From Mobula hypostoma (lineage: Eukaryota): a DNA stretch of 64,000 nucleotides. Position numbers and translations under genes: made by a program. Of this stretch, positions 10,481 to 24,091 are shown piece after piece; position 1 is the first letter of the stretch; each line of letters starts with the position of its first letter. A model generated the notes under the pieces. That model saw nothing but the letters and a program-made list of their open reading frames with translations. It did not search any database and was not told the DNA's origin. The stretch lies in contig NC_086108.1 in NCBI RefSeq assembly GCF_963921235.1, positions 35,900,001 to 35,964,000 on the forward strand, given 5' to 3'.

Positions 10481-12039
10481 GCATTATTATGGATGGCATG
10501 GGTTTTAGGTGAACGGTAGAAGTTTTAGAGAGATTCAGAGAAAGCTTCTTTCTCCCAGAGGGTGAAAATGAGACCCATTTATGTCTAGTCCATTTCCTGC
10601 TATCTAGCCAATCTTCTATCTGCACTGTTATGTTGCTTGTTAAACTATGCACTCTTACTTTCGCACTAATTTTCCCAAAGAAGCAGGAATGTCCTTTTTT
10701 ATGTCTTCTTTATTCCTCACACTTATCACCACAGCATCTTGACATGGTCATTCTGCCTTCTGTTTGTGATCTGCGTATCCTCCTGCTCCACACAGTACAT
10801 TTTTGTTAATGTCTAATCTCAATTTTTATTGTCCTTCAAATACATTAGTCTCTGCAAAATCTATTTTAGATGTTACCATACTGTTTAATCAATGGTGAAT
10901 GGAGATCATTGAAATCCTAGCCATATAAAGCAACTCCTCTGCTAGTCAAACGTAATCTTTAGTGCACTATGCATTATACAGTACCGCTTAAATAAATCAG
11001 GGTGATAATTGCTAAACCACACTAAACATTCTATCAGCCATACACACAATACCTACATTAAAAAATAAGCACTTAGGAAATGTCAGGATCTCTAAAAATA
11101 CAGTGACATTTGCATATTTATCTATCACCCTACTGCTGATTTTCTGTTTTTAATAAACTCTGTCAGCACTGTTAGACATGTTCTTTATCTTTATTTATAC
11201 AGTGTGACAACTTACCCCGAGGCACCACACTTTCTTAAAGACATACATTATAAGCTCAGGTCAATCATCTGAGTTGCAACAATAGAGGCTGTGTTCTATA
11301 AATCTCACTGGAATTTGTCTCAGTGTATGCAGTCAATTCATTGCATCTAGTCATAATCTAAGGTCACATTTTTCTAATTGCAGGACCAGTTCCACAGAGC
11401 TTAATATTCTACTTCACTATAGCTTTACCAGATAATTCTCTTGGTATCCTCCCTAAATTGTCCTATAAATGGTGCATTCATTTTACTCTCCATTCTCAAT
11501 CGCTTTCCACTGTTCCTCAGGTATTTTTTTCCTACTTTATGAATTTTATTAAAATTCCTGCAATGTTCTCTCACTCACCTGCAATAACTGGGTATCTCGT
11601 GTTACCTGTGACAGAATACTACTCTCAAATCAGAAGAATGTGAGTTCATATCACTCTGCTGGACATGGAGCTGAACAAATCAGATGCCTCTGCTGTTTCT
11701 CTCAAGTACCAGCAGAAGGTCTCGTCGTTCAGGATTCAGGCCAGGGCAGACATTAGCAAACACTACCAGAAAGCTTCCACAACCTTGATACCCTCAGGCC
11801 AGGCAGCTGGCTCCCGGCTCCCCTGTGATGTTTCCTCCTACATCACAAAGGTTAAACAGCTACTGCAAGTCACCACTTGACTTAACTAAAAAGAGAATTG
11901 GTGAGTAAGCAAGAGAGAATAAGCTGCAGGGCGACATAGGAGTGGGGAATTGGATTGATGGGTTTATTCGGCTATGAGCCAGCATAGACCTTATTGGTCT
12001 TTCACTACATCATAAATAAATGTCACCAGTTTCACCTCG

Positions 12040-12315
12040 CACGGCAGCATAGTGATTAGCACAATGCTTTACAGTTCCAGCACCAGGGTTCAATTCCCAC
12101 AGCTGCCTGTAAGGAATTTGTACATTCTCCCTGTGTCTGAGTGGGTTTCCTCTTGGTGCTTTGGTTTCCTCCCACAGTCCAAAAGACGTACCAGTTGGTA
12201 GGTTAATTGGTCATTGTAAATTGTCCTGTGATTACACCCAGATTAAATTGGGGGTTACTGGCAGTGTAGCTCAAGGGATGGGAGTGCCTATTCTATGCTG
12301 TATCCCAATAAATAA
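12040..12315 (+). mobile_element. tRNA-derived SINE with V-SINE-like central domain
   Basis: A/B-box-like head (gggttcaattccc) and central gtgggtttcct...ggtttcctcccacagtccaaa; homologous copies elsewhere in the window. Confidence 0.8.
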
Positions 12316-12410
12316 ATGGATCACTTTCAGTCTCCATCTATTGTAGTTGCAATGGATCAATGGATAGAAGATGGAGGTACAAGCTGCCACCACGAGTTTT
12401 CTTCACAGTA

Positions 12411-12780
12411 TCATCATCATCGTTATGAGCCGTGTCATATGACGTGGGTGATCAAGGTCCTTGACTATGATTGTCCTTGGCAAATTCTACAGCAGTAGTT
12501 TGCCATTGCCTTCTTCTTGGCAGTGTCTTTTCATTACGAGTGACCCCAGCCATTATCAATACCCTTCAGAGATTATCAGCCCGGTATCAATGGTCACATA
12601 ACTAGGGGTTGTGATAATGCACCCAGTTGCTCATACGACCATCCACCACCTGCTCCCATGGCTTCAACTGACCCTGATTGGAGGGGGGTTGCTACACCTT
12701 GCCCAAGGGTGACCTGCTGGTAGGGAAGGAGCCCTTTACATTTCCTTTGATCGAGGTGTATGTCCACCCTGCCGCCCTTC
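12411..12780 (-). mobile_element. SINE/LINE fragment with an RTE-type 3' end
   Basis: Minus strand gaaggcaatggcaaactactgctg resembles RTE/BovB-type 3' ends; short (ATG)n tail. Confidence 0.45.
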
Positions 12781-13614
12781 TTTACAGAATATAAATACGA
12801 AAGAGGAAAGATAAGCTATTATGTCAACCAATTCAAAGACAGTGCAATCATTTGAAATTTGGATAGTTTTCATTGTGCTATTGGTGCAAATTTAACTGAG
12901 AATATTTAATAGTTAGCTGCTGATATTATCAAACATCAGCCCAGGCTATCCGCCTCAAGTATTTGCTGTATCCTTTGAGTAAGCATCTAACCAATGTGGT
13001 GTCTACAGTGATGGGTGGTGGAAGACAGATGAATTATCTGTCACACCACGTTGAGATGCATCATTACACCAGTGATAACTGCACCAAACTCAAGCATAAC
13101 AATTTACATATCTAAACACACCACACATGCAAGGGAAAAACACTAAATATTTTACAGGAATGAAGAGCTTGAACACCATGGGGGATTGACTGGATGCCAA
13201 GAGTGAGGAGAATGTTAAAGGCAGGAGACGGGAGATGAATTTGCCCTCCTGTAGGAATGTCTGTTGGGGTCCTCCTCTATGCTACATTAACAATTGCAAC
13301 CCTTGTTTTAGCAGTCTGTTATGTCTGTATTATTATTGAAATCTCGTAGATGTGATAATGTAGCAATTCAATTTGAGTGTTCCTGCAGTCAGCATTCAGG
13401 ACCAGTGACATCCCAGACCAAGAACAGGTCAATATATACATCACAGGAAACAGATAGCCTAATAAATAGCAATCTACCAGGATCAGACATGCACCAAGTT
13501 AACATAAGCCTAATAATAATAACAGTAAAGAAAATAGTGTCAACAAAGAATGACCAATCACCAGGGTAAGGGATCCCATCCCAGGATTAAAAAGGAATCA
13601 GTAGAGTGCATTGC

Positions 13615-14045
13615 AGATGATAGGTTAGAATTTTATTTCCTAGAATGTAGAAAATTGAGAGGAGATTTGATAGAGGTATACAAAATTATGAGGGGTAGAG
13701 ATAGAGTAAATGCAAGCAGGCCTTTTCCACTGAAGTTGGGTGAGACTACAACCAGAGGTCACAGGTTAAGGGTGAAAGATGAAATATTTAAGGGGAACAT
13801 GACAGCAAACTTCTTCACTCAGAGGATGGTGAGATTGCGGAATGAGATGTCAGCGCAGGTGGATGTGATTTCAATTTCAACATTGACGAGAAGTTTGGAT
13901 AGATACATTGATGGGAGAGGTATGGACGGCTACGGTCAGGTGCAGGTCGATGGGACTAGAAAGTTTCAATGGTTCAGCACAGGCTGGATGGGCTGAAGGG
14001 CTTGTTTATGTGCTGAAGTTTTCTACAACTCTATGACTCTATGCT
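13615..14045 (+). mobile_element. CR1 3' fragment
   Basis: LRGDLIEVYKIMRG...TRGH...FFTQR; (ctctatga) tail. Confidence 0.88.
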
Positions 14046-15293
14046 CTAATGTAAGAATTGTTCCTTCAGATTAGAAATTGACGCACATCATTCTGCTATT
14101 TAAGAAAGGAAAGAGGGGGAAATGGAAGCATTGACCAGTTATCCAGGTATCAGATTTTACTATAAAATTGTTGTTTGTCCTTAGGAATTCAGTGTGGATT
14201 TTTAACAGCAGGCAGGGGTAACGGTAAACCAATATGCAGCGGTAAGAAAATAGCTGACAGAATTATTGCAAAAGGGTTAAATTGGCAATCACACCAGTGA
14301 ACCAGTAAGAAATTTACTCTCTCCAACTATTGGCCATATTTCTCAAGCATGACTGAATGTTTTGAAGAGGTGACTAAAGAGGTCAATGGGGATCATTTAT
14401 CAAAGAGGTTGATCAAGTTATCTTGTTAGTCAAAACTGAATCTGAAGCCAATAGAATTCATGACAAATTATTGTCCTGGCTGGGAAACTGAGCAGAAGAA
14501 AGAAAGATGATAAGGATAAAGAACAATGACTCAATATGACAGAACGTGAATGGAGGAAATGGAGGAGTTTCTCAACACTTACAGTACATCTATTCACAAT
14601 GTTTATTAATAAGTGTGATGATGGAAAAGAAGGCCAATGATGAAAAAGTAGATGTTGGGATTATATGCAGTGCAGATGGAAGCAATAAATGTGTTAATAG
14701 ATTGCACAAATGCGTAAAATATATCACAGTTCTATTTAGGCAAATTTGGATTGCTACTTTAAATCAAAAATAGATGTTTTGCAGTCACACAGTACAAAAC
14801 CAGACCCATCGAGTTCATGCAACTATCAAGCACCCCTGTACACTACAAGACGCAAAATGCAGGAGGAAATTAGCAGGCCAGGCAGCATCTATGGAAAAAA
14901 GTACAGACGATGTTTCAGGCCGAGACCCTTCAGCAAGACATGTACCCTAACCGATTTTATTTTTTCCATACCCCAATCAACCACAACTCTAACATCACTA
15001 CCAACCCCAAGGCTGTACCACTAATCCACCACTTGCAGCATACTTGGATTCAATAGCAAGGAGAGATTACTAAACCTAGATTTGAATTCTCTGCAATTTA
15101 GAATGTCTAAAGGTGATTTAATAAAGGTTTAGCTATTTTATTTCACGGTGATATAAATGTAGAAAAGCAGTAATTTTGTATTTAGGGTGGTTCAGGTAAT
15201 TACTTCAAAGTAACGATGACTCCTTCAGACATGTGAACGATGTTCTGAGATATTATACAGCTGCGTTTTGTTGTTTCTTCTAGACAACAACCA

Positions 15294-16170
15294 TTAGTCA
15301 TAGTCATAGTCATAGTCATACTGTATTGATCCCAGGGGAAATTGGTTTTCATTACAGTTGCACCATAAATAATAAATAGAACCATAAATAGTTAAATAGT
15401 AATATGTAAATTATGCCAGTAAATTATGAAATAAGTCCAGGACCAGCCTATCGGCTCAGGGTGTCTGACCCTCCAAGGGAGGAGTTGTAAAGTTTGATGG
15501 CCACAGGCGGGAATGACTTCCTATGACGCTCTGTGCTGCATCTTGGAGGAATGAGTCTCTGGCTGAATGTACTCCTGTGCCTACCCAGTACATTATGTAG
15601 TGGATGGGAGACATTGACCAAGATGGCATGCAACTTAGACAGCATCCTCTTTTCAGACACCACCGTGAGAGAGTCCAGTTCCATCCCCACAACATCACTG
15701 GCCTTACGAATGAGTTTGTTGATTCTGTTGGTGTCTGCTACCCTCAGCCTGCTGCCCCAGCACACAACAGCAAACATGATAGCACTGGCCACCACAGACT
15801 CGTAGAACATCCTCAGCATTGTCCGGCAGATGTTAAAGGACCTCAGTCTCCTCAGGAAATAAAGACGGCTCTGACCCTTCTTGTAGACAGCCTCAGTGTT
15901 CTTAGACCAGTCCAGTTTATTGTCAATTCGTATCCCCAGGTATTTGTAATCCTCTACCATGTCCACACTGACCCCCTGGATGGAAACTGGGGTCACCGGT
16001 ATCTTAGCTCTCCTCAGGTCTACCACCAGCTCCTTAGTCTTTTTCACGTTAAGCTGCAGATAATTCTATTCACACCATGTGACAAAGTTTCCTACCGTAG
16101 CCCTGTACTCAGCCTCATCTCCCTTGCTGATGCATCCAACTATGGCAGAGTCATCTGAAAACTTCTGAAA
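15294..16170 (-). mobile_element. Young 5'-truncated Rex1/Babar-type non-LTR retrotransposon
   Basis: ORF 15448..16047 (KTKELVVD, YKYLG, QSRLYFLRRLRSF, CWG); upstream in-frame KFSDDSAIVG RT motif; (GACTAT)n 3' tail at 15295-15320. Confidence 0.88.
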
Positions 16171-16619
16171 ATGTCCTCCCAGATGTAATATATTGAGGAG
16201 AATTTTATTTTCCTATTTGTACATCAGGTGATAATCACTATGTTTCTTGTGGAGACTTAATTCGAGATTTCCCCTAGTGATAATCCTAATGTCCATATTA
16301 GGTCCGGCACATGTTTGGTTGGGATTTCTTGTGACTCAACTAGTTTTCCACGTTTGAAAAATTAAGTCTGATGTTGCAGTTTTTCAGAATCCAGAAGAAC
16401 GTAAACAATTTCAAACAATGGATAGAGGTATTGGTAGGGACCAGGGGATGGGGAAATGTCTGTTTGCCATAATTTGTTAGACTTCCTGTAGGGTTGTTGC
16501 TGTATAACAATGGTTGGGGAATGAAATACAACAGCATGGGCAGTCAGGAGCTGGCTTGAAGATTCCAATAAAGTATCATATTGCAACCTTCGGCTAGATA
16601 TCAACAAGTTAAGAATAAA

Positions 16620-17365
16620 TACTATCAGTCCTTATAGTAAGTCCAAGGTAGGACTTACACAGTGAATGGTAGTTCACTGAGGAGTGCAGTAGAACAAAGG
16701 GATATGGAAATATAGATCCATAATTCCTTGAAAACAGTGTCACAAACAGGTAGGGCCTTAAAGAGAGACTTTGGTACATTGGCCTTCATAAATTAAGAGT
16801 ATTGAGTGCAGGAATTGGGATGTTATGTTCAAGTTGTGTAAAATATTGCTGAGACCAAATTTGCAGAATTGTGTACAATTCTGATCACCTACCTACAGGA
16901 AGGATATCTGTCAGTCTGAAAGAGTACAGAGAAAATTTAAAACGATGTTTCTGGGATTTGAGGACCTAAGTAATAAGGAAATGTTGAATAGATTAGGACT
17001 TCATTCCTTGGAGCCTAGAGGAATAAGGGAAGATTTAAAAGAGGTATACAAAATTATGAGGAGTATAGACAGGGTAAATGCAATCAGGCTTTTTTTTTCG
17101 CTGAGGTTGGGTGAGACTACAATTAGAGATCATAGGCTAAGGGTGAAAGGTTAAAATTTAACGGGAAATCTGAGGAGACAAACTGCCAGTAGAAGTGATG
17201 TAGGTTTGATTGCAACATTTGAGAAACCTTTGGATAAGTACATGAATGGAAGATAATGAAGGGCTATGGTGCAGGTGCAGATCAATGGGACTAGGCAGAG
17301 TAACAGTTCAGCATGGACTAGATGAGCTGAGGGGCCTGTTTCTGTTCTGTAACACTCTATAGTTT
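16620..17365 (+). mobile_element. CR1 3' fragment
   Basis: ORF 16945..17154 (RLGLHSLE...DLKEVYKIM). Confidence 0.85.
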
Positions 17366-17477
17366 TATTGTCCATGCCAGCACATTGTGTTCAATAGAGG
17401 ACAGCAGAGACATTAACATCTGTAACACTGAGACTGATGATCCTTAGGTTCTGCTTGCAGTTTGGTCTTTGTTATCC

Positions 17478-17695
17478 TTGCTTTGTTATTCCTTTCCATG
17501 CCTTGTGGCAGAACAAGTGGCAACCTTGCCTTTTTATTTAGTATTTGCCTATTTTTTTTTTAGGAGGCTATGAGGCTAAATTGCTAGCTCAACCCTTAAC
17601 CAGCATGGACGAAAATGTGCAAGGAGCTGGCTGGATTCAAACCCAGGACCACTGGCCTCAAAGTCCAGTGCGCATGGCACTACACCACCAGCCAG
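17478..17695 (-). mobile_element. tRNA-derived SINE of a second family
   Basis: Minus-strand head tggtggtgtagtgccatgcgcactggactttgaggccagtggtcctgggtttgaatccagc with A- and B-box similarity. Confidence 0.55.
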
Positions 17696-18189
17696 TTTTG
17701 TTAATCTTAGTAGGTACAATTCTCTTTGGACAGAGTCACCAACATGCGATCCAGCCTGGCTCCACTGCGTGCGTGCGAAAGAGAGAGTGTGCATGGGTGG
17801 AACCGCGTCACACAGTGTCCCTGCAAAATTTTACCTTCAGGAAACGCCCTTCGCCATTGCTATTATGCTGAAACTCAGAAACTATTCTGTGGGTGTTTTG
17901 CATGTCTCTGACTGGGTGCACCTCTTAAACAGTATTTACATCAACGTGTGTGACGGATCCAACATCACTGAAGGGGGCTGTTTGCGTTGCCAGAAAAAGT
18001 TAATTCCATGTGATTTCATTTTCAGCGGATGTGTGTGCACATGTCTGAGCATTGGTGTGAGAGCTGAGCCTCAAGGCAAACACATAGTTGAGGATCTGGA
18101 ACAAACATTTTGTTCCCAGGTGGAGACGCACGCACCTATTTCTCAGCGTAGTTCCTAGTTGGTGTAGCGCTCTGTGGCAGATAGCCATT

Positions 18190-21100
18190 ATAGAAACATA
18201 GAAACATAGAAAATAGGTGCAGGAGTAGGCCATTCGGCCCTTCGAGCCTGCACCGCCATTTATTATGATCATGGCTGATCATCCAACTCAGAACCCCGCC
18301 CCAGCCTTCTCTCCATACCCCCTGACCCCCGTAGCCACAAGGGCCATATCTAACTCCCTCTTAAATATAGGCAATGAACTGGCCTCAACTGTTTCCTGTG
18401 GCAGAGAATTCCACAGATTCACCACTCTCTGTGTGAAGAAGTTTTTCCTAATCTCGGTCCTAAAAGGCTTCCCCTCTATCCTCAAACTGTGGCCCCTCGT
18501 TCTGGACTTCCCTAACATTGTGAACAATCTTCCTGCATCTAGCCTGTCCAATCCCTTTAGGATCTTATACGTTTCAATCAGATCCCCCCCTCAATCTTCT
18601 AAATTCCAACGAGTACAAGCCCAGTTCATCCAGTCTTTCTTCATATGAAAGTCCTGCCATCCCAGGAATCAATCTGGTGAACCTTCTTTGTACTCCCTCT
18701 AAGGCAAGGATGTCTTTCCTCAGATTAGGGGACCAAAACTGCACACAATACTCCAGGTGTGGTCTCACCAAGGCCTTGTACAACTGCAGTAGTACATCCC
18801 TGCTCCTGTACTCGAATCCTCTCGCTATAAATGCCAGCATACCATTCGCCTTTTTCACCGCCTGCTGTACCTGCATGCCCACTTTCAATGACACCCAGGT
18901 CTCGTTGCACCTCCCCTTTTCCTAATCGGCCACCATTCAGATAATAATCTGTTTTCCTATTTTTGCCACCAAAGTGGATAACTTCACATTTATCCACATT
19001 AAATTGCATCTGCCATGAATTTGCCCACTCACCCAAACTATCCAAGTCACCCTTCATCCTCTTAGCATCCTCCTCACAGCTAACACTGCCGCCCAGCTTC
19101 GTGTCATCCGCAAACTTGGAGATGCTGCATTTAATTCCCTCATCCAAGTCATTAATATATATTGTAAACAACTGGGGTCCCAGCACTGAGCCTTGCGGTA
19201 CCCCACTAGTCACTGCCTGCCATTCTGAAAAGGTCCCGTTTATTCCCACTCTTTGCTTCCTGTCTGCTAACCAATTCTCCACCCACACCAATACCTTACC
19301 CCCAATACCGTGCGCTTTAAGTTTGCACACTAATCTCCTGTGTGGGACCTTGTCAAAAGCCTTTTGAAAATCCAAATATACCACATCCACTGGTTCTCCC
19401 CTATCCACTCTACTAGTTACATCCTCAAAAAATTCTATGAGATTCGTCAGACATGATTTTCCTTTCACAAATCCATGCTGACTTCGTCCGATCATTTCAC
19501 CGCTTTCCAAATGTGCTGTTATCACATCCTTGATAACTGACTCCAGCTGTTTCCCCACCACCGACGTTAGGCTAACCGGTCTATAATTCCCCAGTTTCTC
19601 TCTCCCTCCTTTTTTAAAAAGTGGAGCTACATTAGCCACCCTCCAATCCTCAGGAACTAGTCCAGAATCTAACGAGTTTTGAAAAATTATCACTAATGCA
19701 TCCACTATTTCTTGGGCTACTTCCTTAAGCACTCTAGGATGCAGACCATCTGGCCCTGGGGATTTATCTGCCTTCAATCCCTTCAATTTACCTAACACCA
19801 CTTCCCTACTAACATGTATTTCGCTCAGTTCCTCCATCTCACTGGACCCTCTGTCCCCTACTATTTCTGGAAGATTATTTATGTCCTCCTTAATGAAGAC
19901 AGAACCAAAGTAATTATTCAATTGGTCTGCCATGTCCTTGCTCCCCATAATCAATTCACCTGTTTCTGTCTGCAGGGGACCTACATTTGTCTTTACCAGT
20001 CTTTTCCTTTTTACATATCTATAAAAGCTTTTACAGTCCGTTTTTATGTTCCCTGCCAGTTTTCTCTCATAATCTTTTTTCCCCTTCCTAATTAAGCCCT
20101 TTGTCCTCCTCTGCTGAACTCTGAATTTCTCCCAGTCCTCAGGTGAGCCACTTTCTCTGGCTAATTTGTATGCTTCTTCTTTGGAATTGATACTATCCCT
20201 AATTTCTCGTCAGCCACGGGTGCACTACCTTCCTTGATTTATTCTTTTGCCAAACTGGGATGAACAATTGTTGTAGTTCATCCATGCAACCTTTAAATGC
20301 TTGCCATTGCATATCCACCGTCAATCCTTTAAGTGTCATTTGCCAGTCTATCTTAGCTAATTCACGTCTCATACCTTCAAAGTTACCCCTCTTTAAGTTC
20401 AGAAACTTTGTTTCTGAATTAACTATGTCACTCTCCATCTTAATGAAGAATTCCACCATATTATGGTCACTCTTACCCAAGGGGCCTCTCACGACAAGAT
20501 CGCTAATTAACCCTTCCTCATTGCTCAAAACCCAGTCCAGAATAGCCTGCTCTCTAGTTGGTTCCTCGACATGTTGGTTTAAAAAACCATCCCGCATACA
20601 TTCCAAGAAATCCTCTTCCTCAGCACCTTTATCAATTTGGTTCACCCAATCTACATGTAGATTGAAGTCACCCATTATAACTGCTGTTCCTTTATTGCAC
20701 ACATTTCTAATTTCCTGTTTAATACCATCTCCGACCTCACTACTACTGTTAGGTGGCCTGTACACAACTCCCACCAGCGTCTTCTGCCCCTTAGTGTTAC
20801 GCAGCTCTACCCATATCGACTCCACATCTTCCCGGCTTATGTCCTTCCTTTCTGTTGCGTTAATCTCTTCTTTAACCAGCAACACCACCCCACCTCCCCT
20901 TCCTTCATGTCTATCCCTCCTGAATATTGAATATCCCTGAACGTTGAGCTCCCATCCCTGGTCACCCTGGAGCCATGTCTCTGTGATCCCAACTATATCA
21001 TAATCATTAATAACAATCTGCACTTTCAATTCATCCACCTTATTACGAATGCTCCTTGCATTGACACACAAAGCCTTCAGGCGCTCTTTTACAATTCTCT

Positions 21101-21513
21101 TAGCCCTTATACAATTATGTTGAAAAGTGGCCCTTTTAATGTCACTTTTACTTTTCTCCTTAGTACTTTTTGCTTCTCCCCTCACTTTACACCCCTCTGT
21201 CTCTCTGCACTGGTTCCCATCCCCCTGTTGTGAACTAACCTCCTCACGCCTAGCCTCTTTAATTTGGTTCCCACCCCCCAACCATTCTAGTTTAAAGTCA
21301 CCTCAGTAGCTCCCGCTAATCTCCCTGCTAGGATATTGGTCCCCCTAGGATTCAAGTGTAACCCGTCCTTTTTGTACAGGTCACGCCTGCGCCAAAAGAG
21401 GTCCCAATGATCCAAAAACTTGAATCCCTGCCCCCTGCTCCAATCCCTCAGCCACGCATTTATCCTCCACCTCATCGCATTCCTACTCTCACTATCGCGT
21501 GGCACAGGCAGTA
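18190..21513 (-). mobile_element. Young 5'-truncated CR1 LINE: ORF1 esterase C-terminus plus nearly full ORF2 (APE + RT) with frameshifts
   Basis: 21287..21505 (DGLHLN); 20199..21281 (CVNARS, ITETWL, GDFN, SDH); 18725..19954 (KSPGPDG, GVPQGSVLGP, KFADDTK); 18288..18894 C-terminal pieces; 3' tail (TTTCTATG)n at 18190-18212. Confidence 0.96.
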
Positions 21514-21659
21514 ATTATTGAAGCTTTAGTACAAGACTGGTCATCTAGGACGTTATTTTAAAAAGATAAATAGACAGAAATTATAAAGAACAAGATGGCA
21601 TTGTCTGTAAATTAGAGCCCAAGTTTTTCGGCAATAGTTACAAAATACTTTGACAAAGA

Positions 21660-22110
21660 AATTGGAATTTGAAAATAGCTATGCAGGTCGATGGCGTGGT
21701 AATGGAGGTATGTGACATGCTTGCCTTCGTTGGTCAGGGCATTGAGTACAAGTGTCAGGAAGTCATGTTGCAGCTATATAAAACTCTGATTAGGCTGCAC
21801 TTGGAGAATTTTGTGCAACTCTGGCCACCCCATTACAGGAAGGGTGTAGAGGCTTTGGAAAGGGTACAAAGTGGTTTACCAGGATGTTGCCTGGACTAAA
21901 CGGAATGTGTTACAAGGAGAGGTTGGACAAATTTGGACTGTTTCCTCTACAGCACTGGATACTCAGAGAAGATTTGATAGAAGCTTATGAAACTATGAGA
22001 GGAATAGATATAGTAGACAGACTTTTTTCCCAGAGTAAAGATGTCAAATGCTAGAGCATATTCATTTAAGGTGAGAAGGGGAAATTTGAAAGGTGCGGTA
22101 TAGAGCAATA
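21660..22110 (+). mobile_element. CR1 3' fragment
   Basis: GIEYKCQEVMLQLYKTLIRLHLE. Confidence 0.82.
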
Positions 22111-22479
22111 TCCATGTTTGACCCTGACCAGTGGAGGCCCTCACTGTTAGGTGCCTGGAACAGACTGCCATCTGTTTCACCTAGAGGAAATTGCCCAAAG
22201 GTACTGCAATCATAAGAAGAAGGATAAATTCAATCTTGCCAATTACTGCTCCATTTATCTATTCTAAACAACAACCATTTAATGGCAAATGCTATCAAAC
22301 AAAACTTGCTGATCAGTTTGAGTTCTCCCAAGATCACACTGCTTCTGAACCTGGGCCTCCATTCCTCTCTCTGTAACTGAATACTTACCTTGCCTCATAG
22401 AGAGACTACAGTCAGCGTGGATTGGTAATTGCATCTCCCTCTTGCTGATGACCAACACAAGATCACCTCAAGGATGGGT

Positions 22480-23327
22480 GCTTAGCCCTCTCTAAACTCA
22501 TGACTATGCAGCAAGGCACAGGTCAAACACCATCTATAAATTTGCCAATGACACAGTTGTTGTTAGCCAAATCTCAGGAGGTATACAGGAGAGAGATAGA
22601 CCGGCTGGTTGAGTAATGTCACAGCAACAACCTCGTACTCAATGTCAGCAACACCAAGGAATTGATTGTGGACTTCAGGAAGGGGAAGTTGGGCGAACAC
22701 ACGTCAGTCCTCATTGAGGGAGTCAGCAGTGGAAAGGGGGCTGTTTCAAGAACTTGGGCATCAACACCTCATAGAGTCTATGCCGAGCCTGTACATCAAT
22801 GCAGTCATGAAGGCGGCACGGCTGTGGCTATACTTCAAGTTTTCTGAGATTTGGTACGTCACCAAAGACTCTAGCAAATTTCTACTGGTGTATGCTCAAG
22901 CACGTTCTGATTGGTCAGATCTCAGCCTGGTATGGAGGCTCTAATATACAGGATTGAAAGAGGCTGCACAGGGCTGTAGGCACAGCCAGCTCCAACCCTC
23001 CCCATATCGAGGACATCTTCACAAGGTGGTGCCTCAAGAAGGCATTATCTATCATCAAGGAACTCAGCAGCCAGGTCATCACTACCATCTTCTCAGGACT
23101 ACCATCAGGGAAGAAGTGCAAGAGCCTGACAGCCCACGGTCCATGTTTTAGGGACAGCTTCTTCCCCTCCGCCATCAGATTTCTGAACGATCCGGGAACC
23201 CATGAACACTACCCTGCTATTCACCTTCTGCACTTTTTATTTATTAATTTATTTATGTGACAGTAAATTTTATGTCTTCCAATGTACTGCACTGCTGCCA
23301 CAAAACAACACATTTCATGACTTATGT
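22480..23327 (+). mobile_element. Degenerate Rex1/Babar-like fragment
   Basis: aaatttgccaatgacaca (KFAND); ctcaatgtcagcaacaccaaggaattgattgtggacttcagg (TKELIVDFR); PSG motif. Confidence 0.78.
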
Positions 23328-23566
23328 CTGTCATAGTGGGGGGCGTTGGGAATGGACCCAAAAGCAAGACACAGACAAGGAACAGGAACAGACAAAACTA
23401 AATGACGGGACAGGACGCAGACTAGGAGTGGGGACAGGAATGCAGACTAGGCTAGGGAAGCAGGACCAGGACGAGGGACTGGGTACAAGGAGCCTGGGCG
23501 TGGACTCCAAGCCAGAGACTAGACAAGGACCCAGAACCTGGGTCTTGACTCGGGCTCGGACCCCAA

Positions 23567-23715
23567 AACCAGGCGAAAACGTGACGAGGCTTGGGTTCTT
23601 GGAGACCAGGCGAAGACGTGGCAAGGTTCGAGTTCCTGGAGACCAGGCGAAGACATGACGAGGCTCGAGTTCCTGGAGACCAGGCGAAGACGTGACGAGG
23701 CTTGGGTGCTTGGAG
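23567..23715 (+). repeat. 37-bp minisatellite, about 4 copies
   Basis: ggagaccaggcgaagac recurs at 23601, 23638 and 23675. Confidence 0.9.
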
Positions 23716-23811
23716 GCTCAGGTTCTTGGAGACCAGACAAGGACATGGTGGGGCAAAGGTACTTCGAGGCAACTCCTGGGCAGGACACAGGACTCCATCC
23801 CATGGAGGCAA

Positions 23812-24091
23812 GGACAGGAAGGGACAGACCCACCCACAGGGTAACGGCAAACAGCCTGGTTTACCCGACAGAGGCACCGGACAGGAAGGGACATATCCAA
23901 CCGCAGGGTAACGGCAATCGGCCTGGCTTACCCGACGGAGGCACCGGACAGGAAGGGACATATCCAACCGCAGGGTAAAGGCAATCAGCCTGGCTTACCC
24001 GACAGAGGCAAGGGACAGGAAGGGACAGAACCAACCGCAGGGTAACGGCAATCGGCCTGGCTTACCCAACAGAGGCAGTGGACAGGAAGGG
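23812..24091 (+). repeat. 67-bp minisatellite, about 4.2 copies
   Basis: ggacaggaaggga recurs at 23812, 23879, 23946, 24013 and 24080. Confidence 0.92.

Noticed and set aside
11579..11605. Possible 27-nt minus-strand microexon (cacag...CAG|gtgagt)
   Set aside because: No partner exons or recognisable peptide; splice-like motifs occur by chance.
12040..12110. tRNA-like heads at SINE 5' ends
   Set aside because: No full cloverleaf; they continue into SINE bodies, so they are not tRNA genes.
18187..21518. Possible ATTAT target-site duplication around the young CR1
   Set aside because: Too short and AT-rich, and it overlaps the tail repeat, so it cannot be distinguished from chance.
23567..24091. 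Regularly spaced repeats superficially like a CRISPR array
   Set aside because: Units are contiguous tandem copies without unique spacers, there are no cas genes, and the context is eukaryotic.
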